From Anaeramoeba ignava BMAN (lineage: Eukaryota; Protista; Anaeramoebae), in assembly GCA_028826165.1 (NCBI GenBank), contig JAPDFW010000068.1, positions 372,001 to 436,000 on the forward strand: a stretch of 64,000 nt of DNA, in the 5' to 3' direction. Shown here in pieces: positions 36,671 to 48,000 of the stretch (its first letter is position 1; the number at the start of each line of letters is the position of its first letter). The position numbers and the translations under genes are program-made. A model generated the notes under the pieces. That model did no database searches, was not told the origin of the DNA, and saw only the letters and a list, made by a program, of their open reading frames with translations.

Positions 36671-39373
36671 ATGGATTTTGAAATTGCTTTAAGATCTGAT
36701 GATTTAGAAAAAATTGAAAAATTCTTACCAGAAAAAGTTAATGATTATATAGTAAATAATAATAATAAAAAAAAAGAAAAAAAAATTTATTATGATTTAT
36801 TATTATTTTAAATAGAAAGTAAAATATTTTTCTTTTTAAAAAAAAATTTCGAAAAAAAAACCTTCTTTTGAATTAGTTGATTTTATTTACATTTTTTTAT
36901 TATAAAAAAGGGTTTAACTCCAATACAAATTGCATGTAAACATCAATTAAAAGAAGAAATTATTGATAAAATTATTAAATCAGGAGCTGATTTATTAAAA
37001 AAAACTGTAAATTAATTAATTTAAATCTTAATTTTTAAAAGAAATTTTATTGTTTTAATTTTTTATTCACTTTCTCTTTTTTTTTTTTCTTTAATTTAAA
37101 AAGGAAGATGTTTATTTTTGCTTATTAATAAATTGTTCTCATTTGTTTTACAATAATTTTAAATGAATTTTTAGGATGTAAAATTTAGAATTTATTTTCT
37201 TTTTAATTTTTATATAAAATTTTAATTATTTGTTTAATTATTCAATTATTTAATTATTTAGCAAGAATCTGTTTTACATTTTGCTTGTTTAGGAAGAGTT
37301 AGTTTTTCAATATTTTCTAAATTAGTTAAAAATGGAGCAGATATTAATGCTGTTAATGTATATAAATTGAAAATTAAATTAAAATTTAAATTAAAATCTA
37401 AATTTATTTCTATTTTAGAAAGTAAAATTTTAATTGAATTTTTTTTAATTGAAATTTTTTTTTAATTGAATTTTTTTTTTAAAAAAAAGGGAGTAATTAT
37501 TATTTCATCCTTTCATTTTTTTTATTTAGAATTTTTCTCTTAATTTTTCTTTTAATTTTAATTTTGAAATGAATTTTGAAATTAATTTTGAAATGAATTT
37601 TGAAATTAATTTTGAAATGAATTTTGAAATTAATTTTAATTTTGAATTTAATTTTGAAATGAATTTTAATTTTGAAATGAATTTTGATTTTGAATTTAAT
37701 TTTAATTTTGAAATGAATTTTGATTTTGAAATGAATTTTGAAATGAATTTTAATTTTGAATTTAATTTGAATTTTAAATTTGAAATGAATTTTAATTTTG
37801 AAATGAATTTTGAAATGAATTTTAATTTTGAAATGAATTTTGATTTAATTTTGAAATGAATTTTGAAATGAATTTTAATTTTGAATTTAATTTTAATTTT
37901 GAAATGAATTTTGAATTTAATTTTAATTTTGAATTTAATTTGAATTTTAAATTTGAAATGAATTTTAATTTTGAAATGAATTTTGAAATGAATTTTAACT
38001 TTGAAATGAATTTTAACTTTATAGGGTGGATCAATATTACATTATGCTTGTTTTTATAAAGTAGATCCTCAAATTATAAAATTTTTAATTGATTCTGATG
38101 TTGATGTTAATCAAACTACTGTATATCTCTTGAATTTAATTATTAATTATTAATTATTAATTAATAAATTATTAATAAAAATTAGGATGTAAAAAATATT
38201 CCAAATTCTTCTTTAAATTATTTATTTTTTTAATCCTCTTTTTAAAATAAATAAAAAAATAGATTGTAAGATTTTCTTTTGCTTTTTTTTTTTTTGCTTT
38301 TTTTAAAGTAAATTTTTTTAAATCTTTTTGAAATTTTTTTAAAGGGAAAAAATGCACTACATTTTTCTGTTGAAAAATCTAATTTTGATGGAATTAGATT
38401 ACTTGTTGAAGCAGGATGTGATCAAAATCAAAAAGATGTTTGAAATTAATTCTAAAAAATTTTTTTTCATTCAATTAAAAATTAAAAAATTAATTTAGAA
38501 AGTAAATTTGGGATAAATAATCATAAATTATAATAATAATAATAATAAATCGAAAATTCAAAATAAAAATAAAATAGACTGTCAGTTATTCTCAAAAAAT
38601 TTTTAGATTGAAAAACATTTCTTTCTCATTTAAAATTCCATTTTCAAAAAATAAAGAATAAAACACCACTTTTTCTTGCTGGAGAAAAAGAAAAAAAAGT
38701 TATTAAATGTAGTAATAGTTATGTTGAAGATTTTCTTCGTTTTTACGAAAGAAAAGAATTCACAGATGTTACAATTAAATGTAGAACAGGAGAAATTATG
38801 GTTCATAAATTTATATTGAAAGCAAGAATTAGCCAAGATGAAACCGTTATTTCAAGATTTTTAACCATTTGCAAAAAATATGATTATGTCGATATTGATT
38901 CTTTTGTTCTTTTTCTTTATGGAAAAAATTTCAAAATTCCAAGTTCCGAAACAGAAAAATTTTCCCAAATAGTTAAAGATACTGGATTAGAAGAAAATTG
39001 GTTAGTTCAAAAATCTGGCAAAAGAGGATTAATTAATGATTTAAGAAAAATTTATTATCAAGATCAAAATAAAGATTTCACAATTATTGTTGTTTCTGAA
39101 TTCCATTTTAAAATCCATAAGGTTGTTTTAATTATAAGAAGTGAATTATATCGTGGAATGTTTTTAACTGTTAAAGACTCATCAGATCAAGTTAATGATT
39201 ATAGTGGAAAATCTCAAAATGCAATTAAAGCTCTGATTGAATTTTTATATTTTGATGAATTTTTAGAACAACCAAGTGATGAAGTTTTCAGAGAATTATA
39301 TGATGCAATTGATTATTATCAATTAAATGTGAATTCCAATTTATTATTAATTCTTGGTTCAGATATAAATTAA
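36671..39373 (+). CDS. Ankyrin-repeat plus tandem BTB protein (~402 aa) with 15 exons, nine of them 3-6 nt micro-exons
   Basis: join(36671-36751, 36816-36818, 36911-37006, 37104-37109, 37175-37177, 37262-37357, 37419-37421, 37490-37492, 38025-38120, 38186-38188, 38263-38265, 38345-38437, 38499-38501, 38578-38580, 38657-39373). All 14 introns are GT-AG and phase 0. The last exon is in frame with BTB ORF 38798-39373. Confidence 0.85.
37555..38020 (+). repeat. Intronic simple repeat (TTTTGAAATGAA/TTTTAA variants) expanding intron 37493-38024
   Basis: Read directly; produces the spurious NFEM ORFs. Confidence 0.85.
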
Positions 39374-39566
39374 TTTTTATTTTTATTTTTAATTATTATT
39401 ATTATTTTTATTTTTCATGTTAAAACAAAAAACGGAAAGATCTTTTTATTTCTTTTTATTTTTATTTAAAAATTTTCCTTTCAAAATCTTGTTTTGAAAT
39501 TTTTTTGATTCTCTTTTTCTTTTTCTTAAAAAAATAATTATAATTATAATTATTATAATAATAAAT

Positions 39567-42500
39567 TTAGATATACTTATTCATTGAGCGATACAAAGCT
39601 AATATTTCTTCTCTCTCATTTTTTTGAGAGAAATCAAATAAAGCAAAAGCTAAATTATGATGTCCAAGTCTTGTTAATGAAAGAAACAAACGAGTTCGAT
39701 CATGATTTTCTTCAAAAAATACAAAAAATTTTGGAAGAAAACCAGGATATTTTCTTGTAATAAGACTCAAATAAACAATTGGGAAACATAATGTTGGATA
39801 TAAATCATCAATGTATCCACGATGATAGTATTGGTTGTTGATATCCTCGATTAATTCTGTGAGTAAATGAAGGAAAAATAGAAGACTATTCACCAAATTT
39901 GAAGAAATTGAATATTCAAAGTTTGATTCTTGAGTCGGACTGTTTCTGTTGTAGTTCTCGTTTATTGATTGAGGTGATTTTGAGTTTCTTTTCGGTTTTG
40001 ATTTCCCAGTTTTTTTTCTTTTGATTTCTTGTGATTGGTTTTTTTCTATTATTCCTTGAAAATTTTCTTCATTTTGAAAAAGTGATGAAAGTATTTCAAA
40101 AATTCCAGTGTAAGCAATTGAATAAAAAAAGAAATGAGCAAAAATATGGCCAACAGACTTGCTTTTTATAAAGGGAATCAATGATGAGCCAATTTCCTGA
40201 TAAATGCATAAAATCAATGATTCCGAGTTTGGAAGATCGGAAATCAAAGCAGAAGCAACTTGTGCTTTTCTTAAAGATTGTTCAAAAGAAGGTGAAACAA
40301 ATTCAAGAAAATCTTTTTCATTTAATTTTGAATATTGAATTTTGTGATAGAAATTGTGTGATTTTTCTAATAAAGAATTGATAAAATATGTGCCTGTTAT
40401 ATAATTTCCAAATTCGTTGTGAATTTTCCAAACAATGTGAATTGCTTCTTGAAAATTAATATCTTTTGCGTGATTTGAACGAAAGTGTCTTAAGTTTGTA
40501 AATGTGTAAATTGAGTTAAATGCTCGTTTAAAAATTTTCATTGAATCTTCATTCCAGTTGATTTGGAATTTATTTATGGTATTCATTTGAGAATCTGTAA
40601 TTTTAAAATAATCTATAAAGTGTTGGTAATATATTTTAGGTTGGTAATGCCTAAACAAAAGAAGGAATGAATTTTAATTTTAATTTTAATTTTAATTTTG
40701 AATTTAATTTTAATTTTGAATTTAATTGAATATTGAATATTGAATTAAATTGAATATTGAATATTGAATATTGAATATTGAATTGAATTGAATATTGAAT
40801 ATTGAATATTGAATATTAAATATTGAATTGAATATTGAATTGAATTGAATTGAATTGAATATTCAATATTGAATTAAATTGAATATTGAATATTGAATAT
40901 TGAATATTGAATATTGAAAATTGAATATTGAATATTGAATATTGAATATTGAATTGAATATTGAATATTGAATTGAATATTGAATTGAATATTGAATTAA
41001 ATATTAAATATTGAATATTGAATATTGAATATTGAATATTAAATATTGAATATTGAATATTGAATATTGAATTAAATATTAAATTGAATATTGAATATTG
41101 AATATTGAATTGAATTTTGAATTGAATATTGAATTGAATATTGAATTAAATTGAATATTGAATATTGAATATTGAATATTGAATATTGGATATTGAATTA
41201 AATTGAATATTGAATATTGAATATTGAATTAAATATTGAATTTAATTTAATTTAATTGAATTCATTTAAATTGAATATTGAATTAAATATTGAATTGAAT
41301 ATTGAATTAAATATTGAATTGAATATTGAATTTTAATTTGAATATTGAATTGAATTTTAATTTTAATTTTAATTTTGAATTGAATTGAATATTGAATATT
41401 GAATATTGAATATTGAATTGAATATTGAATATTAAATTGAATATTGGATTAAATTGGATATTGAATATTGAATATTGAATTAAATTGAATTTTGAATTTA
41501 ATTGAATATTGAATTGAATTTAATTTAATTTAATTGAATTCAATTGATTTTCATTTTAATTTTCATTTAAATTGATTTGAATTGAATATTGAATTTTACA
41601 ATTTTAAACAAGTAATAAATCTTGAAATTGGATGCTTAGAATTCTTTAATTGAAAAATTTTTTGAAATGTATCAGAAACTTTCTTAACTAAAATATTAGG
41701 ATCTGTATCTGGTAAATTATTCTCAAAAAACCAACAAATAGAAGAAGAAAAACTTCTAACAAGAGACCAAAAATTCACATGAATATCACTTAATTTCATT
41801 GTATCTAAATCTTTCATAAATAAACTATTCCAAAAATGAAACGCTTCTTTTAAATTTGAATCTTCCAAACTGAGTCTTTCGTTTTGAGAATTATTCTTAA
41901 ATAAAAAATCCTTTTTCAAACCATCTTTATACATAACAAAATCATCAAACCAATAAAGACATGATTTTTCAGGATAATTTCGAAGCACTTTTTTAATCAG
42001 TTCCCGTAATTTGACAACATTTCCTGCTCCTACTCCAATTGTGCCGTCTTTTCCAAAACAAAAGGTATTAATAATATGTTCCATTGAATTCCATCCAAGC
42101 AAAAAAAATCTGATTGCTGAAAATTTTATTGTGTGAAGCGAGACAATTTTTTGGTCAACATAGTTCGCAAGATCCACAAGTGTTTCGAACAATTTTGGTA
42201 TTAAATTGTGGAGATTGATTGCCTCCAAATTTTGGATGAGAACAGATAAAAAGGCTCTTGTGATTTCAAATATTGTTTCATTAAGCCGTTCGTTTCTGTT
42301 CTGTGTCATCGAAAAAATCTCCGTTTTCACAATCAATAGTTGCTGGATCATATTCTTAGCGAGATCATATTGGATTTGGGTCTCGCGGAAATTTTCAAGA
42401 AGTCTTTTTGTGATCTCCTTTGCTTGATCGCTTGTAAAATGCTCCTTGATTGTATTAATCATTGCAACAACATCTTTTTGTGTTAATGGTGCCTGTTGAA

Positions 42501-44865
42501 GATCATTTAGTGAATGATACACTATATTTTGTTGCGATTTCGATGTTGTTGTTGGTATTTCTTTGGTTATTAATTTCACAAAAGTCAGGAATTCTTCGTA
42601 TTTTTCTGTTTCTAGTTTTGATTCGAAATTTCTTTCGAAAAATGGTTGTGAATCATATAATTGTGAATCAAATGGCTTGAAGTTTTTGCGCGAATTTCCT
42701 GAAGAATTATAAAGAAAATCACCAGAAATTAATGGTGATTGTCTTGATGAAAACTCGCGATGATTTTGGATATTTTCATTTATTGTCAAATTGCCTCGAT
42801 TTTTGCTAATACTATTGAATCTAAAATCAGAGAAGTTCATTCTGTTTGTGAAATTTGGATCTTGGTCGTAAATTTTACTATTAGGATCTCTAAATCTTGG
42901 ATCAAATTCGAGAGAAGAAAATTCACCGATTGAATTGGTGTTTAAATTTGAGATGTTTCTATTCATCACGAGATTTGGATTTAGTTCATTATCAGAAATA
43001 TTTTGGTTTTTCTGGTAGTTTTGATCCATATTTAAGGTAGGGTTGTTTTGCTCCAGACCTTGTTTTTCTGCATTTTGTTGATATTTTGCAGAGAAATCAA
43101 TTCCTCTTGCTTGATCAAGAGAGTTTAATGCATTGATTGAGTTGTAAGAATTGGGATCTCTTTCATCAAATGATTTTTTCTCGTTGCCTTTGATATCGAT
43201 CTGGGATTGTGGAGTTGTGTATGAGTAGTTTCCCGAAAAGGGTGAATGTGGAGAAATTTTGTCAGACCAAAACCCTGTGTTGCGGGGACTTGGCTCTTCG
43301 CTGTTCAACAAGCTCCATGAAGGATCTTGCTTCTTTTTCTTGGGTACTTTTGGCGCTTCCAGGATTTGCTCAAGAAGCGTATCCATATATTCAGAATCGT
43401 CGGGTGTGTATTTTTCCAGATAAACAAAGCTTGTGTTTTGTAATTCTTGGATAAGATCTGAAAGAAAGTTTTCGTTTTGGTTTTCTTGTCCTTTTTGCTT
43501 TTCCAAAAGACCGAAAACATTGCGAATTTTGTTGAATAGAAACTTTGCAAATAAAGATTTCTGTTCTTCGGGAAGCAAGAAATGAATATGAAACAACGTG
43601 TTGATAAATTTGGAATAGAAATTCTGTTGTGAATAATTATTTGATCCTTTCAAAATATTCAGCTTGCGCGCGAAGTTAAATGTTGAAGGTTTGATGTATT
43701 CAATGCTCTTTGTCTTAAATTCCTTCATGATCACATAAACAAGGGAATTCCAAGTTGTGTCTCCACTAATTTCATTAGGCTCTGTGAGCGTGATTGGGTT
43801 GTCGCCATCAGGAAATTCAATCCACATTGGAACGCCAATTGGCGCGACTAATTTTTTAAAAAACGGCTTCAATTTCTTGTTCCCATCCATTTGTATAATT
43901 GCTTGAGCTAGTTCAACAAAAACATCCCATGATTCAACAAATTCAAATTGTGTGTTTAAAAGAACAATAAAACTACTGGGCGATGATAGGATTCTTTTGA
44001 TGATCCTCTTGCATTTTGAATGAATATATAAATGCTCCCTACAGCAAAATGCCCAGTTTTCTTCCGAGTTTGAGTTTCTGATTGTGTTGATAGTGTCCTC
44101 AATTTCAAAATCAGATTCAAACTCAAACTCAAAATTGCATGAGTTGTTTCCATTTTTTGGTCGTGATTCGCAATAATCCAAACATATTTCCGGACTTAAA
44201 AACCCAACAAGTGAAATTTTCATGATGAGAAGAATTTCTTTACATTTTGATTTATAACAATGCCAATTAGGAATTGAAATGACATGTTCAACAATATCAA
44301 TCACTCTTTTGAACTTGTGTGGTGATCGAACATCAATATGTTCGCTTATTTCCTCAATTGTAAGTGGAATAGGCAAAATGTGCTCATCAATTCCAGCAAT
44401 TATATATTCTATAAAAAGTGCATTTGGTTTTTCTCCACAAAATGCTTGAGTAATTAATTGTTTTGACAAACTTCCAAAAATTTTTTTTGTTTTTGCTTTT
44501 TGTTTTTTTGCTGATTTTTTGCTGTTTTGATTTTTGATTTTTTCATTTTCAATTTCAATTAAATTTTCATTTTCATTTTCATTTTCATTTTCAATTTCAT
44601 TTTCATTTTCATTTTCAATTTCAATTTCATTTTTAATTTCATTTTTAATTTCAATTTTAATTTTAATTTCATTTTCATTTTTTTGTGTTTCTTGATTAAG
44701 AAATAATGATTTAATTTCTCTAATCCATTCATTTGCAGTTTTTCTTTGATTCCATGATTCAAGTGTAAATTGTATTAAAAGTTCTGATAATGATAAGGAT
44801 TCTTTATTATCTTTATTTTTATTATCTTTATTATTTTTATTTTTTTTATTTTTATTTTTTTCCAT
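39567..44865 (-). CDS. MED24: Probable Mediator tail subunit MED24/MED5-like helical protein; intron 40651-41599
   Basis: N-terminus LESWNQRKTANEWIREIKSLF...LSKQLITQAFCGEKPNALFIEYIIAGI resembles, from memory, the MED24 N-terminus pattern (W..R.....W...K.F, L...L..QA..G..PN.L...Y). ORFs 41596-44865 and 39567-40658 splice in frame (LKL/HYQP). Confidence 0.55.
40651..41599. repeat. Intron filled with (ATTGAAT)n heptamer and (ATTGA)n repeat
   Basis: Read directly; minus-strand gtaaaa...tttag boundaries. Confidence 0.85.
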
Positions 44866-45050
44866 TTAATTTTTAAATCTTTTTATATTGAATAGAAAAA
44901 AAAAACACAAAAAAAAAATGAAAAATTCAAAATCAAAAAAAAATTTTTTTCTTTCTTTCTTTTTTTGTTTAAAAAAAAAAACATTCATTAAAAAATCAAA
45001 ATCAAAAAAAAAAATGAAAAAGATTTTTTTTCTTTTGTTCCTTTTTCTGT

Positions 45051-48000
45051 TTAAAAGAAGAAAGAAAAAATAACAAGAATAGTTGATAAAAGTAAATTGA
45101 ATTGATTAAGAATTGCTGAATCTAAAAAAAAAAAGAAAAAATAAAATAAATTTTAATTATTAAATTTTTTTCCGATTTTAATTTTAATTTTGATTTCAAT
45201 TTTGATTTTAATTTTAATTTTAATTTTTAATTTTAATTTGAATTTTAAATTTTAAATTTTAATTTTAATTATTAAATTTTTTTCCGATTTTGATTTTAAT
45301 TTTAATTTTAATTTTAATTTTAATTTTAATTTTAATTTTAATTTTAATTTTAATTTTAATTTTGAATTGAATTTTAATTTTAATTTTAATTTTAATTTTA
45401 ATTTTCATTTTTAATTTTAATTTGGAATTTTAATTTTGAATTTAATTTTAATTTTAATTTTAATTTTGATTTTTAATTTTAATTTTAATTTTAATTTTAA
45501 TTTTAATTTTAATTTTAATTTTGATTTTGAATTTTAATTTTAATTTTAATTTTGATTTTAATTTTAATTTTAATTTTGATTTTAATTTTAATTTTGATTT
45601 TGATTTTGAATTTGAATTTTAATTTTAATTTTAATTTTAATTTTAATTTTAATTTTGATTTTGAATTTGAATTTTAATTTTAATTTTAATTTTGATTTTA
45701 ATTTTAATTTTAAATTTTGAATTTGAATTGAATTTTAATTTGAATTGAATTTGAATTGAATTTTGAATTTTAATTTTAATTTTAATTTGAAATTGATTTA
45801 CTAGGTGATTCAAAACTTTGAACAATGCTCCATTCTCCATTCCCTACATAATTATGCCCTCTTATTTTACAAACATAAACAACACCAGAGGTCAAATAAG
45901 AATAATCCATGACAAAAGAATAAGAAGTGAAATTTTTCGGAAAATTATAAATTTCAGGTTGAGAATAAAACTCATAATAATCCAAATTTAAATCATCAGA
46001 AGGATCCCATTTGAAAGTAATCATATTAGTAAATCGACGCACAATAAAGCCAGTGATTTCTTCAGGAATTTTGTCAACAGAGAATTGATACTCTTCACTG
46101 ATTTCACTTGAACCAATAGAATTTTCAGAAAAAACTTGAATAGTGTATGATTTCTCAGAAAAATTGGAATAAGATAGATTGAAAGAGTTTGTTGTGATAA
46201 CAGAACCAAATCCGGGGATTGTTGGATCAAAGATAATTGTGTACTGGATAATAGGCGATCCATTCGGATTCGGGATTTCCCATGAGAAATAAATTTGTAA
46301 TTCGGAATGTGAATGCGTGATATTGATTGAATCGATTTTTTCGGGAACTTGAGATTGTTGAGTCGTGAAATAAACAGACTCATTTGATTCACTTCCGTTT
46401 CCGATCCAGTTCTCAGCAATAATAACGATATTGTATGTCTGGAAACCGAATAGATCACCCAATAAAACGGAGACATTTTCAAAAACAGAAGAAAATTCAA
46501 AAGAAATATTTGATGAATTTTGAGAAGTGATTATAATATAGTATCCAGTAATAGGATCTCCATTATCGTTTGGTTTGTTCCAGTTGATGTTGATATAACC
46601 AGATTGCAAGTTGTAATTTATTGAAGAGACTTGAGCAGGAACATTATCTGTTATGGTTGTTTTCTCGTCAGACCAAGAACCCAAACCGATTGCGTTTTCG
46701 GCAGCAATTTTAACAGCATAAATGACTCCTGGTTGGAGTCCAGAAGACAAATTGTAGAAAAGATATGAAGTGTTTGAATATGTTGTATTAAGAACGCAAT
46801 TGGATGAGTTAGTTTGTTCATAAACTTGGATTCGGTAGTCGGTAATCTCAGATCCTCCGTTGAAAGGGGATTCCCAAGAAATAAGTATATAATCCCTTAT
46901 GGAATTGAGCGAAATCATGTTGAGCTCAATCTTAATAGGAACATTTGCGGAAACACAATCGCTAATACTCGTTGATTTTGTGTCCATTGTGTAAGTTGAT
47001 GGCGGACATTCATAACAGAATATTTTCCCCGTCTCATTCTGGTAGGTTGAGTAGGGACATTCGAGACATTCATCTGCGCCGATGAAGTCTTTATAAGTTC
47101 CTATAGAGCACTCCACACAGGCATAAGTGGATTGAGAGCATGTGTATCCTTTAGGACAATCAAATCCATCAAAAAGCATGAAAAAACCGCCTGAAGAAAA
47201 TCCATTAAGTGTGGGATCAAGATAGTTTCCTTTAATCGGGAATATTCGCGATGATGTTTTACCCGAAACGTAGATTTCTCTTGGAGAAAAGGATAGCGTT
47301 GCTTGAGCCGCGCCAAATGACCCGATATACGACGAAAATCTGAGCGTCGTTAAATTCGAATCGAAAATTGCTAATGTTGGATCTAAATCGAATAATCCTC
47401 CTAATTTTTCTGGTTGCAAGGACTCTTTTCCAATCATCACTTGATCCGCTGTGCAATATGTTGAGCCGCATATCATTACCCCATCATCTTCAAAAACTTC
47501 CAGACAATTGTGACTGATGTAATAACTGCAATTTGTCCCTCCAAAAAGTGTTCCACTTAAAAGGGAATAATTTGAATCAATCGAGAAAATAAATGCTGAA
47601 TAGTAACTTGTCGATGTTTTGTTTGTTTGAAAGGAATGTTCGTTTTTGATGTAATCAATCAAATCAGTTGATTTAGTGATTCCGGCAAAATAGAAGATGA
47701 ATCCGTTTGTGATTGAGGGGATTTGCTGGTAAGTAAAGCTTGTGATCCTGTCCTCATTCAAACCGCCGATGAAACTACCATATTCCAAAGTAGGTTGAGC
47801 GTTGTAATTGTAATATTGGTCGAATTTTAAATGGATGATAAAAGAAGAGTAAGATCCGGAATAAAGTGATGGATTTGAAGTGAGAATTGCAGTTGATTCC
47901 GTTATTAACGAAAGTTGGCCTTTTGTGTATCCAGTCAGTAAATAAGTGGGAATTTGATATCCTTCTTCTTCATAAACAACTAGATTTCCAGTGCTCAAAT

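Noticed and set aside
36819-36910. Possible hidden second micro-exon in ankyrin hairpin 1 (attag-ttg-att), and aaagtaaat inside intron 38266-38344
   Set aside because: The first has no GT donor after the codon, and the second has no exon or AG-GT junction between the sites; the resulting introns would also be unusually short.
47495-47520. His-Asn-Cys (SHNC) resembling an intein C-terminal splice junction
   Set aside because: It lies within propeller repeats with no recognisable intein N-terminal or block B motifs. No intein is supported anywhere in the window, including the Spt6 insertion.
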